DNA of 64,000 bases from Candidatus Obscuribacteraceae bacterium (GTDB lineage: Bacteria > Cyanobacteriota > Vampirovibrionia > Obscuribacterales > Obscuribacteraceae). The notes under the pieces were generated by a model that made no database searches, was not told where the DNA came from, and worked only from the letters and a program-made list of their open reading frames with translations. Location: contig JBGAHS010000011.1 in NCBI GenBank assembly GCA_044226015.1, positions 1 to 64,000 of the forward strand, written 5' to 3'. Both the position numbers and the translations under genes were made by a program. This document shows, in pieces, positions 38,583 through 48,237 of this stretch (positions are counted from its first letter, which is position 1; each line of letters starts with the position of its first letter).

Positions 38583-39331
38583 TGAGTTTTCAGCTTCCGA
38601 CAACAGAAGAAAAAGCAGATTATGTGCTGAAGCAGTTTGATCGAATCGCGCAGAAATACGATTTGATGAACGACCTTATCAGCGTCGGAATGCATCGCGG
38701 CTGGAAGCAGCAGGCAATCGCAGAGCTGATGAAGGGTGTTGACCTGAAAAATAGTGCAGGCAAGAAGTATCTTGATGTTTGCACCGGCACTGGTGACCTT
38801 GCATTGCTAATCGCAGAAACTAATGGTTTCCGGGGAACTGTCACCGGGCTCGATTTTTCGCCTGAAATGCTGAATGTCGCCCGCCGAAGAGGGGCAAACA
38901 AGGTCAGCAAACTAGAGTCGAGTCTAGAATTTCAGCAAGGTGATGCCCAAGCATTACCGTTTGCAAATGACAGCTTTGACGGTGCCATCATCAGCTTTGG
39001 ACTGAGGAATTTGACCGACCTGCAAAAAGGCTTAAACGAAATGGCACGAGTTGTTAAGCCCGGAGGCAGAGTCATCAATCTAGACTTAGGGCAGCCCACA
39101 ATGCCACTCTTCACACCTTTGTTCATTTTCTTTTTCGACAATGTAGTACCCATGCTGGGCGAAATCATTCAGCAAGACAGGCAAGCATATACCTACTTGC
39201 CTGAATCAAGAAAAAAATACCCTAACCCTCAAAAGCTCACAGAAATGTTTGAGTTAGCAGGCTTAACCAATGTCCAATGGAAGAGCCTTGCCTGCGGCTC
39301 TGTGGCAATGCACATCGGCACGGCAAAGTGA
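38582..39331 (+). CDS. menG: Demethylmenaquinone methyltransferase MenG/UbiE
   Basis: FDRIAQKYDLMNDLIS.GMHRGWK, LDVCTGTGD, GLDFS, GDAQALPF, ISFGLRN, AYTYLPES. Confidence 0.9.
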   Translation: MSFQLPTTEEKADYVLKQFDRIAQKYDLMNDLISVGMHRGWKQQAIAELMKGVDLKNSAGKKYLDVCTGTGDLALLIAETNGFRGTVTGLDFSPEMLNVARRRGANKVSKLESSLEFQQGDAQALPFANDSFDGAIISFGLRNLTDLQKGLNEMARVVKPGGRVINLDLGQPTMPLFTPLFIFFFDNVVPMLGEIIQQDRQAYTYLPESRKKYPNPQKLTEMFELAGLTNVQWKSLACGSVAMHIGTAK

Positions 39332-40554
39332 ATGAGCCTGATTCAAGCAACAAGAAAATAAAATCTCTCTTTATTTGCGCTGGTGATCACTCAGCCGACC
39401 TTCATGGTGGCAAACTAGTTCGCAAATTAAAGGAAGACATGCCATACCTCAAAATTTGGGGACTGGGTGGCTCTTCAATGGGTGAAGCGGGTATGCAACT
39501 GGTCTACAGTCGAGAGCAGCTTACAGTACCAATCGGTATATTTGAAGTAATAAAACATCTGCCGAAACTTGCAGCAGTGCGGGAAGACTTGCTAAATCAG
39601 ATTTTGAGCAAGAAACCAGATGTGATACTACTTATGGATTTTGGTGGCTTCAACCTGGGCTTCGCTACAAAGATAAAAGCAGGACTGCGCCAAAATAATA
39701 TACCGGACATACCGATTGTATATTTTATTTCCCCTCAAATCTGGGGATCACGACCGTGGCGTATCAATGCAATTCTGAAATCTGTCAACAAAATGCTAGT
39801 CATTTTTCCGTTCGAAGAAGCCCTTTACAGACAGAAAAAGATGAGCGCCAAGTTCGTCGGGCACCCACTCACGATGAAGTTCAAAGCAGAATCAGAGCGA
39901 AGTACTAAGGAAGATTTCTGCCAGCGAAATAATCTGGATCCGGAGAAGCCCATTATTGGTGTTTTTCCAGGCAGTCGCAGACAGGAAATAAAAGAACACG
40001 CTTCGCTGGTGCTACAGGCTATCGAATGGATATCGAGAGAGCGCTCGAATGTGCAGTTCGTGATTGTTAATGCGAATCAGCAGATGGCCGACCTCTTACA
40101 AGAATTCATGCAACGTGAAAAATTCATTCATCTAGTAGGAAAGTCGGTAAAAACAATTTCATCAGAACAAAGCGAAGATTTGATGACTCACAGTGATCTT
40201 CTCTGGACGAAATCGGGCACCACGACACTGGAAGCGACTCTGGTTGGGAAGCCTATGCTGATCTTCTACCGCGGTTCATGGCTCTCTTTCTTGTTAGTTA
40301 TGGCATTCAAAATCGTTAAGTTTGTAGGGTGGCCGAACCTTTTACACGGAGATGGAATCGTTCCTGAACTAATTCAACTAGATTGTCGAGCGGAACAACT
40401 CGTAAGATATACCTGTGACTGGCTGGACGTTCCGGGGCTGCGCAATGAGATTACGGCAGGACTGAAGACGTTAAAAGGCCATCTGGGCGAAGGCGATTTC
40501 ACTGATAACGCCCGCAACGAAATAATTGCGCTACTACAAGGAAACCTGACTTGA
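39328..40554 (+). CDS. lpxB: Lipid-A-disaccharide synthase
   Basis: AGDHSADLHG, DFGGFN, YFISPQIW, IFPFE, FVGHPL, FPGSRRQEI, KSGTTTLE, VPELIQ; GTG 39328 overlaps the menG stop. Confidence 0.92.
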   Translation: MNEPDSSNKKIKSLFICAGDHSADLHGGKLVRKLKEDMPYLKIWGLGGSSMGEAGMQLVYSREQLTVPIGIFEVIKHLPKLAAVREDLLNQILSKKPDVILLMDFGGFNLGFATKIKAGLRQNNIPDIPIVYFISPQIWGSRPWRINAILKSVNKMLVIFPFEEALYRQKKMSAKFVGHPLTMKFKAESERSTKEDFCQRNNLDPEKPIIGVFPGSRRQEIKEHASLVLQAIEWISRERSNVQFVIVNANQQMADLLQEFMQREKFIHLVGKSVKTISSEQSEDLMTHSDLLWTKSGTTTLEATLVGKPMLIFYRGSWLSFLLVMAFKIVKFVGWPNLLHGDGIVPELIQLDCRAEQLVRYTCDWLDVPGLRNEITAGLKTLKGHLGEGDFTDNARNEIIALLQGNLT

Positions 40555-42395
40555 ATCAGACCATGAGCACGAAAGAGCAAGAAAGCAAGGGCGCCAGCGA
40601 GCTGCCTCGCAACGAAAACAAGCCTAATGAAGGTGCAGAGCAGACGCAAATGCAACTTTATTTTCGCTTGCTCGACTATATCAAGCCTTACGGGGTTCCT
40701 TTTGTTATCGGTGTGCTGGCAGCAATTCCCTCGGGAAGTATGGATGCAGCCATCGCATGGTTAGCTGGTCAGGGCTTGCAAAAGATAATTGTTGATGGTC
40801 AGGAAAAACTGATTTATTGGGTGCCAATTCTGGTGCTTATTGTGGCCGGTTTACAGGGACTATTTCGCTTCATCGAAGCTTTCACTATCAGAATGGTAGG
40901 CGCAGCTGCAATCAGAGACTTGCGCAACGAACTCTTTTGCCATATTGAAGACCAGCCCCTCGTGTATTTCCAAAACATTTCCTCTGGAATTTTGATTGGG
41001 CGTCTTACAAATGACGTCGCTATGATTGAGAATGCAATTTCTCAGACATTTCAATCACTGATAAGCCGCACAACAACGCTGATATCACTGGTGGTGGTAT
41101 TACTGAGTCAGAGCTGGAAGCTAACCTTGATTGCCGTCTCGATTATGGCTTTCATCGTTCTACCAGTAAACATATTGAGCCGACGTATTCGTAAGTCAAG
41201 CAGGCTAGGACAAGAAGCTATCGGCGACCTGGTCTCAGTTATTTCCGAGTCGATTCAAGGTGCGAAAATTGTTCAATCGTTCAACCTGGAGAGCTTCCAG
41301 ATTTCACGATTCATGACCACAAACCAACATTTTTACGACAATTCGATGAAATCAGTGCGAGCAGAAGCGATGATGTCGCCGATTCTCGCGATGATAGGAG
41401 CCTTGGGTATAGCTGCAGTTATGTGGGCTGCAGGATGGCAGGTCGTCCACAAAGTTATGACGATTGGATCTCTTACATCGTTCTTGATTGCCCTTCTTCT
41501 GCTCTACTCTCCTTTGAAAAATCTGGGCAGAATAAACGGCATAATTCAACCAGCGCTGGCTGCGGCCCAGAGAGTGTTCGAAGTACTAGACCGCAAAGCT
41601 GAAATCACCGATAAAGCGGATGCAGTTGAACTAGAAAAAGGCAGTCACATCATCGAGCTCAAAGAGGTCTTCTTCCAATATCCCTCAATGAGTGACAAGC
41701 CATCACAGATGGTTCTTCAAAATATCAATCTCACCGTCCCTCCAGGCAAAACATTTGCACTTGTTGGTCTCTCGGGTTCGGGCAAGTCAACGTTAGCCAA
41801 CCTGGTGCCACGTTTCTACGATGTCAACTCAGGCACAATTATGATCGATGGCAAGCCATTGAGTGCATACACGCTAGATTCACTGAGGGCTGAAATATCA
41901 ATCGTAACTCAGGATAACTTCCTATTTAACGCCACGGTGGCAGAAAATATCAGGTTAGGAAGACTGAATGCAACTGACGAAGACGTGGTTGCAGCAGCAG
42001 GTGCAGCTTACTGCCACGACTTCATCATGGAACTTCCAGAAAAGTACAACACAAAGATTGGCGAGCGTGGTCTTCGGCTTTCAGGTGGACAGCAACAGAG
42101 GCTGGCTATTGCTCGTGCATTCCTGAAAAACGCCCCAATTTTGATTCTCGATGAAGCAACCAGTTCGCTTGATAATGAATCCGAGAAGATGGTTCAAGCC
42201 GCTCTGAGCGACTTAATGCGCGGACGCACCGTAATCGTCATTGCGCATCGCCTGAGTACAGTGCGTCACGCAGACACCATAGTAGTGCTTGAAGCTGGCA
42301 GAATCATCGAAATGGGCAAGCATTCTGAACTGCAGAATGCTGGTGGGCTTTACGACAGACTTCTAAAAGCACAATTCGAACGTCCAACAGCATAA
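40551..42395 (+). CDS. msbA: MsbA-like lipid A export ABC transporter
   Basis: ABC TMD + NBD (GLSGSGKST, LSGGQQQR, ILDEATSSLD, IAHRLST); directly after lpxB. Confidence 0.8.
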   Translation: MNQTMSTKEQESKGASELPRNENKPNEGAEQTQMQLYFRLLDYIKPYGVPFVIGVLAAIPSGSMDAAIAWLAGQGLQKIIVDGQEKLIYWVPILVLIVAGLQGLFRFIEAFTIRMVGAAAIRDLRNELFCHIEDQPLVYFQNISSGILIGRLTNDVAMIENAISQTFQSLISRTTTLISLVVVLLSQSWKLTLIAVSIMAFIVLPVNILSRRIRKSSRLGQEAIGDLVSVISESIQGAKIVQSFNLESFQISRFMTTNQHFYDNSMKSVRAEAMMSPILAMIGALGIAAVMWAAGWQVVHKVMTIGSLTSFLIALLLLYSPLKNLGRINGIIQPALAAAQRVFEVLDRKAEITDKADAVELEKGSHIIELKEVFFQYPSMSDKPSQMVLQNINLTVPPGKTFALVGLSGSGKSTLANLVPRFYDVNSGTIMIDGKPLSAYTLDSLRAEISIVTQDNFLFNATVAENIRLGRLNATDEDVVAAAGAAYCHDFIMELPEKYNTKIGERGLRLSGGQQQRLAIARAFLKNAPILILDEATSSLDNESEKMVQAALSDLMRGRTVIVIAHRLSTVRHADTIVVLEAGRIIEMGKHSELQNAGGLYDRLLKAQFERPTA

Positions 42396-42397
42396 CA

Positions 42398-42934
42398 ATG
42401 TTTGCGTTTTTCAGAGACTTATTCAAGTCAAAACAAGAGCTGGAAGAAGCTCGAAAACGCATACTCGCTCTTGAATCTGAAATGCAATCTCTGAAGCTGG
42501 AGATGCAAGAACAAGAACGTCTGTTGAAGCAAGCTTGCAGCGATTTAGAACTGGCAGAGAAGAAAGTCGACGGAACAATTAAAGGCAAGTTCGAGCAACA
42601 AATGGAAGCGCTAGCCCGAGAGCTGGCATCACCAATGGTGCAACTAAAAACTCAACAGCATCTTTCAGCACAGAGGCAAATTCAGGCGAAAGATGTTCTT
42701 GCCGTGGCCATGCGAATGGTGCAGAGCATCGAGTCCAGCGGAATCAAGCTTCTGGGAAACATTGGTGAGTTGGTCAAGTTCGACAGCACAGCTCACGAAG
42801 GGCTAAACATGAATGATGGCACTCTAAATGAAGGTGGCAGCGCAAGAATTAGTATGCCAGGCATCTCATACAACGAACGAATTATTCGAAAAATAGCAGT
42901 GATTTCAACTGAAAACGACACGGAGACTAACTAA
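42398..42934 (+). CDS. GrpE-like protein (coiled coil + GrpE-type beta head)
   Basis: Long coiled coil, then GIKLLGNIGELVKFDSTAHE...MPGISYNERIIRKIAV, matching the GrpE G..FDP..HE / GY....R.LR pattern. Confidence 0.65.
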   Translation: MFAFFRDLFKSKQELEEARKRILALESEMQSLKLEMQEQERLLKQACSDLELAEKKVDGTIKGKFEQQMEALARELASPMVQLKTQQHLSAQRQIQAKDVLAVAMRMVQSIESSGIKLLGNIGELVKFDSTAHEGLNMNDGTLNEGGSARISMPGISYNERIIRKIAVISTENDTETN

Positions 42935-44521
42935 ATGGCAGGCAGAGTAGCCATCGATTTTGGAACAGCAAACACAGTCATTGCCAACTGGGACAATGTG
43001 CGCCAGCAGGGGTTTGCATTTCCGTTGAACGATTACTGCCGTTTTCTTGCCGTGAATGATGAGCAAATAGGTGTTGTACCATCGCTCGTTCATTATGGAA
43101 CAAATGGACAAACTTACTATGGCAATGAAGTACACTCTCGCAATTTGTTGCAGTCGCCTCGTACATTTCAGTGGATGAAACGCTACATCTCGATGCGAAG
43201 CCCGGCTTCAAGACGAATAGATGATCGCAGTGTGAGTGTGTATGATGCAGCAGAGGAGTTCTTGATTCGCGTTATTAAAGCTGCTGATGCTGAGCTCAAT
43301 ATAAAAAATGAAGAAGTTGCTTTCACCGTGCCGGTTGAAGCATTTGAGCATTATGAGAATTGGCTGCTTAGCGTTACTCAAAAGGCTGGTCTACAAAAGA
43401 TTCGTTTGATAGACGAGCCCTCGGCAGCGGCACTCGGATATAGCACTCGACTGTTTCCTGATGAAGCCTGCATGGTCTTCGATTTCGGCGCCGGCACCCT
43501 TGATGTATCCATAGTGAAGCAAGACCCTTCTACAAACCCTGGAGCCGAACGCTGTCGCGTATTGGGCAAGGCAGGCACAGAGATTGGCGGAAGCACTATT
43601 GATGAATGGCTCTACGAGGAAATAATTTCACAAAACGGTTATACCGAAAAAGATCAAGAAGTCCAGCAAATAAGCCGATTCCTCTTAAGCGAATGTGAGC
43701 TTTTAAAGGAGAAGCTGTCCTTTCAAGATAAGGCTTCATTGACAGTGATGAATCCCCTGACGGGAGCAGTAATTTCGGCTGATTACACCCGTTCTCAGTT
43801 TGAAACAATGCTGGAAAACAAAGATGCTTATGCGACAATCGACCGCACGATTCGCCGTGCTCTGGCTGATTCACGTGAGCGAGGCTTTGATGTAGATGAT
43901 ATAAAAACGGTACTCATGGTTGGCGGCTGCAGCCAGATACCGAGCATTCAAAGCACTCTGAAAAGAATATTTGGTTCCAAGAAAGTGAAAATGGACCGTC
44001 CACTAGATGCGGTGGCACGAGGTGCCTCCTCCTTTATCGGTGGACGCAGCTTTGATGATTACATTCAGCATGATTATGCAATCAGACATAGAAACTCAAA
44101 AACACAACGTTATGAATACAGAACGCTCGTAAAAAAGGGTAGCACTTATCCTTCTGATGGACCGATCGACACCATTAAAGTGAAAGCAACGCAAAATGGG
44201 CAAGAGGAATTCATCATGCAAATTTTCGAGATTGGAGACAAGGCAAACAAACATCAGGATGGATTCGAACTTTTCTTTGACGAAACTGGTACAGCAAGAC
44301 TGAATACAGTGACTGCAGAGGACATGGATCAACGCAACATGTTCTGGATCAATGAAAAGAATAGAACTCTTCTAACAGCAAAACCGCCTGCTATGGAAGG
44401 GCAGGAGAGATTTGAAGTGTCGTTTTCCATTGATCAGAACCGCCGTTTATTAATCACGACTAGAGACTTACTTTCTGGGCATCTTATACATAGCGATTAT
44501 CCAGTAGTTAAACTTCATTAG
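42935..44521 (+). CDS. Atypical Hsp70-family ATPase (not canonical DnaK)
   Basis: AIDFGTANT, TVP, IDEPSAAALGY, VFDFGAGTLDVS, IGGSTID, LMVGGCSQIP, AVARGA; short beta C-terminal domain without a helical lid. Confidence 0.88.
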   Translation: MAGRVAIDFGTANTVIANWDNVRQQGFAFPLNDYCRFLAVNDEQIGVVPSLVHYGTNGQTYYGNEVHSRNLLQSPRTFQWMKRYISMRSPASRRIDDRSVSVYDAAEEFLIRVIKAADAELNIKNEEVAFTVPVEAFEHYENWLLSVTQKAGLQKIRLIDEPSAAALGYSTRLFPDEACMVFDFGAGTLDVSIVKQDPSTNPGAERCRVLGKAGTEIGGSTIDEWLYEEIISQNGYTEKDQEVQQISRFLLSECELLKEKLSFQDKASLTVMNPLTGAVISADYTRSQFETMLENKDAYATIDRTIRRALADSRERGFDVDDIKTVLMVGGCSQIPSIQSTLKRIFGSKKVKMDRPLDAVARGASSFIGGRSFDDYIQHDYAIRHRNSKTQRYEYRTLVKKGSTYPSDGPIDTIKVKATQNGQEEFIMQIFEIGDKANKHQDGFELFFDETGTARLNTVTAEDMDQRNMFWINEKNRTLLTAKPPAMEGQERFEVSFSIDQNRRLLITTRDLLSGHLIHSDYPVVKLH

Positions 44522-44522
44522 A

Positions 44523-45971
44523 ATGTTCAATAAAAAGCAAAAGCCAGCAAGCAGCCAAGATTTGTGGATCGAGGCGCAAAGCTCTGCGCCTCTGCAAATG
44601 GCTCAGCTTCTCAGTGATTTGCGAGAGCGCAACTGGGCACCATCCGAAAAGTTAGAACGAGAATGGTTTGATGAGCTGAATAATTTATATGCGCCCCTCA
44701 ACCTGAACGCTTTCAAGAAAAGTGGCATCGATTTGCTAAGTAAGCTCATGCATGAAGAACAAGAACATTCCTTGCATGAAGATGTAAATCTACTTCCGAT
44801 TCTGACCCCAGAACACAGTGGTGCAGAATTCTCGATGCACACCTTAGACGATGGCAGAATTGCTACTCATGCTCCTGCAAGCGCTGGTTTGATTCAAGTA
44901 TGGACTCTTCCACAATGCGTTGAGACCCTCAAGCATAAACTCTATTCCCGCCGTTCAGCCTGCGCAGTGTCTGGAGACGGACTTTTTGTTGCAAGCAAAA
45001 CTGAAACAGGAAAGCTTGCAATTGATCGCCTGGAAGACGCTAGGACATTGAAAACATGGACACATCCAAACGAATTTAATGGCGGCACTTATATGATCGA
45101 GAAGTATCTGAACAACAACGAACTTCTTCTTAGTGATTCGAACAATTCTGTCCATTTTCTCTCTATAAACATGCGGGTACCGCGGACCTACGCAAACCTA
45201 CTCGTGCGAAACAAGTCGCTTATAGATTGTTCGAATGATGGAAGCATGCTTATCACACCTGAGTACGGCAAGCGTCCTTACACGATATGGAAGTTCACAA
45301 ACACATTTTCCAAAACAGACGAGGGAATTCGTCCTAATAGCGACATGGAGAAGCTATTGTCGCTTGGCTCGGAATCTCTTCCGAACATGCGAGCTAAATT
45401 CAGCCCAAATGGGAAATTTCTGGCGATATCTACTCCCATAGAAATACAGGTTAGAAAATTTCCTTTTGAAGAAGTGGTTTTTCAATCTGAACTCGGCAGA
45501 GACATCGAGCAGCCTCTTCTTGCATTTGATTCAGATAGCCAGACGCTTGCTGTTTTGCGCCGTTCAAACCCAGCAGAACTTATTTTTATAAACCTGAATC
45601 AATTGCAAATAAGCAAGAGGTTGAAACTTGCAAGCATTTTTTCCCGTTCCCCTCTGACACAAATCGAATTTATGAGTGATTCCAAAACGCTTTTATTGGC
45701 TGGGAAAGAGCGAATTTACGCTTGCAAGCAAAATGATACGCACGACGCCACAGCTCTGTTAAACAGGCTTGTAAATCTTCGCATTAAAGACATTCAATTA
45801 GAAGATTTACAAAGTCTGGAAAGCCTTCAAAATAGCGGATGGCTGAGCATGTATTTACGTCCATGGGTCGAAACGCTTCTATATCTATTGAAGCGAAGAA
45901 CTTATGACATAGCCATTTCAGAGCCAGACAAGACCCAATCTCGATATGACATTGAGATAGCCGAATCCTGA
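44523..45971 (+). CDS. WD40/beta-propeller-like protein
   Basis: Blade-like repeats AVSGDGLFVAS, DCSNDGSMLIT, KFSPNGKFLAI, AFDSDSQTLAV, EFMSDSKTLLL. Confidence 0.65.
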   Translation: MFNKKQKPASSQDLWIEAQSSAPLQMAQLLSDLRERNWAPSEKLEREWFDELNNLYAPLNLNAFKKSGIDLLSKLMHEEQEHSLHEDVNLLPILTPEHSGAEFSMHTLDDGRIATHAPASAGLIQVWTLPQCVETLKHKLYSRRSACAVSGDGLFVASKTETGKLAIDRLEDARTLKTWTHPNEFNGGTYMIEKYLNNNELLLSDSNNSVHFLSINMRVPRTYANLLVRNKSLIDCSNDGSMLITPEYGKRPYTIWKFTNTFSKTDEGIRPNSDMEKLLSLGSESLPNMRAKFSPNGKFLAISTPIEIQVRKFPFEEVVFQSELGRDIEQPLLAFDSDSQTLAVLRRSNPAELIFINLNQLQISKRLKLASIFSRSPLTQIEFMSDSKTLLLAGKERIYACKQNDTHDATALLNRLVNLRIKDIQLEDLQSLESLQNSGWLSMYLRPWVETLLYLLKRRTYDIAISEPDKTQSRYDIEIAES

Positions 45972-46046
45972 ACAGGAGCCCGGCTTGAAGGATAGCTGGC
46001 AATACAGTAAACTCAAAGCCTTCAAGTTTCAGCTCTCGGACAGGGT

Positions 46047-48227
46047 ATGGACCTTAGTTCTCTATCACCAATACTTGAAACCGTTTCAGATGGCATGCTT
46101 GTCGTTTGCACTAAGTTCAGCGTTCTAAAAATGAACAAGGCTGCAGAAGACATACTTGGACCGGGTTGCGAAGGATTGTTGCGTCCGCCAATCAGAGAAA
46201 ACAGATTGCCGATGATGAAGGTCAACAAAATCTTCAAGCAGACCATCAGCGCTGTAAAACCACAGATGCATAGCGGCGGGGGTCCTCTACAGATTTTTGG
46301 CAGCTTCCATTTCGATGGAAAACAAGCTTTCAGTTACGAGCAAATGCCGGTGCAACGAGCGATGCGCGGTGAGGTCGTAGAGAAGGTCGAACTGATGATT
46401 CGCAATAGATTTCGACCAGAAGGAGTGCGCTTGCTTGCCAACGCCCGTCCTGTCTACGACGAACACGGACAGATGAGCTACGTAATCTGCTGCTTTACCG
46501 ACGTAAGTGCCGCACATGCCAGCGAACAACGCTCAAATATTTTCCGACAGGTGTTTGCTCAGACACAAGAAGCGATAGTGATTACCGACGCTTCCTTCAT
46601 TGTTCAATATGCCAACAAGTCTTTTTGGGATCTTACCGGCAGTACACCAGAGCGAACTTTAAACCAGCCGTTTGCGCCGCCGCAGGAAGAGTACGGCGAT
46701 GGAAGCTCCTGGCTTGAGATTCAGAACATCACCAGAAAGACGGGAAGTTGGTCAGGCGAATTCGTCATCCGAAAAAAAACGAGTGAACTCTTACCACTTT
46801 GGGCCAGTTTGCGTTCAGTGGTAGATTCAGACAAAACAATCACAAACTACGTTCTAACCCTTGCTGATCTCACTAGTCTGAAATCGTCTCAAGAAGAGCT
46901 TTACCGCATCGTCAACAAAGACACTGTAACAGGTTTGAACAACCGTCAATCATTTTTTGAAGATCTCGACCAGACCATAGAACGCGCTAGGAAGCAGGAA
47001 GAGCGCTTTGCTTTGATCTTCATGGATATTCAACGTTTTAAGGAACTGAACGATTCTCTCGGTCACGAAGCTGGTGACAAAGTCTTGCAAAAGATAGCAG
47101 ACAGACTGAGTTTTATGCTCAGGCAAGACGATTGTATAGCTCGACTCGGTGGCGATGAGTTCGCGATGATTGCGGCGGACTGCAGCAATGACCTTGACCT
47201 TGCCATGACTATCGAACGCATTCGCAATGCTGTAGAAGCACAAATGCAAATAGAAGAGCATCTAATTACTCCGAACATATGTATCGGTGCCGCGGTGTTT
47301 CCTGATGATGGGCAAGATGCGCTTACACTGGCAAAACATGCGGACATTGCTCTAACCTCTGCCACCAATTACGGTGCGGCTGTGACCCAGCTGTATACAG
47401 AGACAATGAACAATAACATTTCACGCCACTTCTGGGTTGAGAACAATCTTCGCAACGCATTTGGAAGCAACCAACTGATACCTTACTTCCAGCCACAGCT
47501 TAATCTGGCGAACATGAAACCTGAAGAAGCTGAAGTACTGATTCGGTGGAAACACCCCCAAACGGGGCTGATAAACCCTGGAGAGTTTATTCCAGTAGCA
47601 GAGCGTACGGGACTAATCGGGCATGTGACCTGGGAAGTGATGGAAGCAAGCTGCCGACTAGCTCTCCAATGGAAAGCCGCAGGCATGCCACTTTCATTGA
47701 TTGCAATCAACATTTCTGCAAACCTTCTGCTGGAAAACACTTTTATGGATGGCTTATACCAAACCATTGAGAAGATTGGCATTACGCCATCGCAGGTCTT
47801 AATCGAGATAACTGAAAGTTCTGCCATGGCAGATCCGGACTTAACCAGTTCGGTTTTGAAGGACATGAAAGACTATGGTTTGTCTCTTGCCATAGACGAT
47901 TTCGGCACAGGCTATTCTTCACTTGCATACTTAAAGAAATTCGCAGTAGATCAAATCAAGATTGATCAATCATTCGTGAAAGATCTCTCTAGTTCGCAGG
48001 AGTCGCGTTCTATCGTAAAAGCCATTATTAGAATGTGCGAGACACTGGGCTACGAAACATTGGCAGAGGGAGTCGAGACTGGAGAACAAGCACGCATTCT
48101 TCAGGAGTTGGGATGCAACAAGCTTCAAGGTTATCTGATCGCTAAGCCATTAAGCGCAGATGAGTTTGAAGCATTCATGCGCGAAAACGGTCAAGGTCTA
48201 AAGAACCTGCAGTCAACCTCAATCTGA
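46047..48227 (+). CDS. PAS-PAS-GGDEF-EAL c-di-GMP signalling protein
   Basis: Two PAS domains; RQDD...ARLGGDEF; EVLIRW, EITES, DDFGTGYSS, IKIDQSF, AEGVET. Confidence 0.92.
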   Translation: MDLSSLSPILETVSDGMLVVCTKFSVLKMNKAAEDILGPGCEGLLRPPIRENRLPMMKVNKIFKQTISAVKPQMHSGGGPLQIFGSFHFDGKQAFSYEQMPVQRAMRGEVVEKVELMIRNRFRPEGVRLLANARPVYDEHGQMSYVICCFTDVSAAHASEQRSNIFRQVFAQTQEAIVITDASFIVQYANKSFWDLTGSTPERTLNQPFAPPQEEYGDGSSWLEIQNITRKTGSWSGEFVIRKKTSELLPLWASLRSVVDSDKTITNYVLTLADLTSLKSSQEELYRIVNKDTVTGLNNRQSFFEDLDQTIERARKQEERFALIFMDIQRFKELNDSLGHEAGDKVLQKIADRLSFMLRQDDCIARLGGDEFAMIAADCSNDLDLAMTIERIRNAVEAQMQIEEHLITPNICIGAAVFPDDGQDALTLAKHADIALTSATNYGAAVTQLYTETMNNNISRHFWVENNLRNAFGSNQLIPYFQPQLNLANMKPEEAEVLIRWKHPQTGLINPGEFIPVAERTGLIGHVTWEVMEASCRLALQWKAAGMPLSLIAINISANLLLENTFMDGLYQTIEKIGITPSQVLIEITESSAMADPDLTSSVLKDMKDYGLSLAIDDFGTGYSSLAYLKKFAVDQIKIDQSFVKDLSSSQESRSIVKAIIRMCETLGYETLAEGVETGEQARILQELGCNKLQGYLIAKPLSADEFEAFMRENGQGLKNLQSTSI

Positions 48228-48237
48228 GCCAGCTTCC

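Noticed and set aside
42935..44521. Canonical dnaK/grpE heat-shock operon
   Set aside because: The DnaK linker and lid are missing, the GrpE is divergent, and there is no dnaJ, hrcA or CIRCE.
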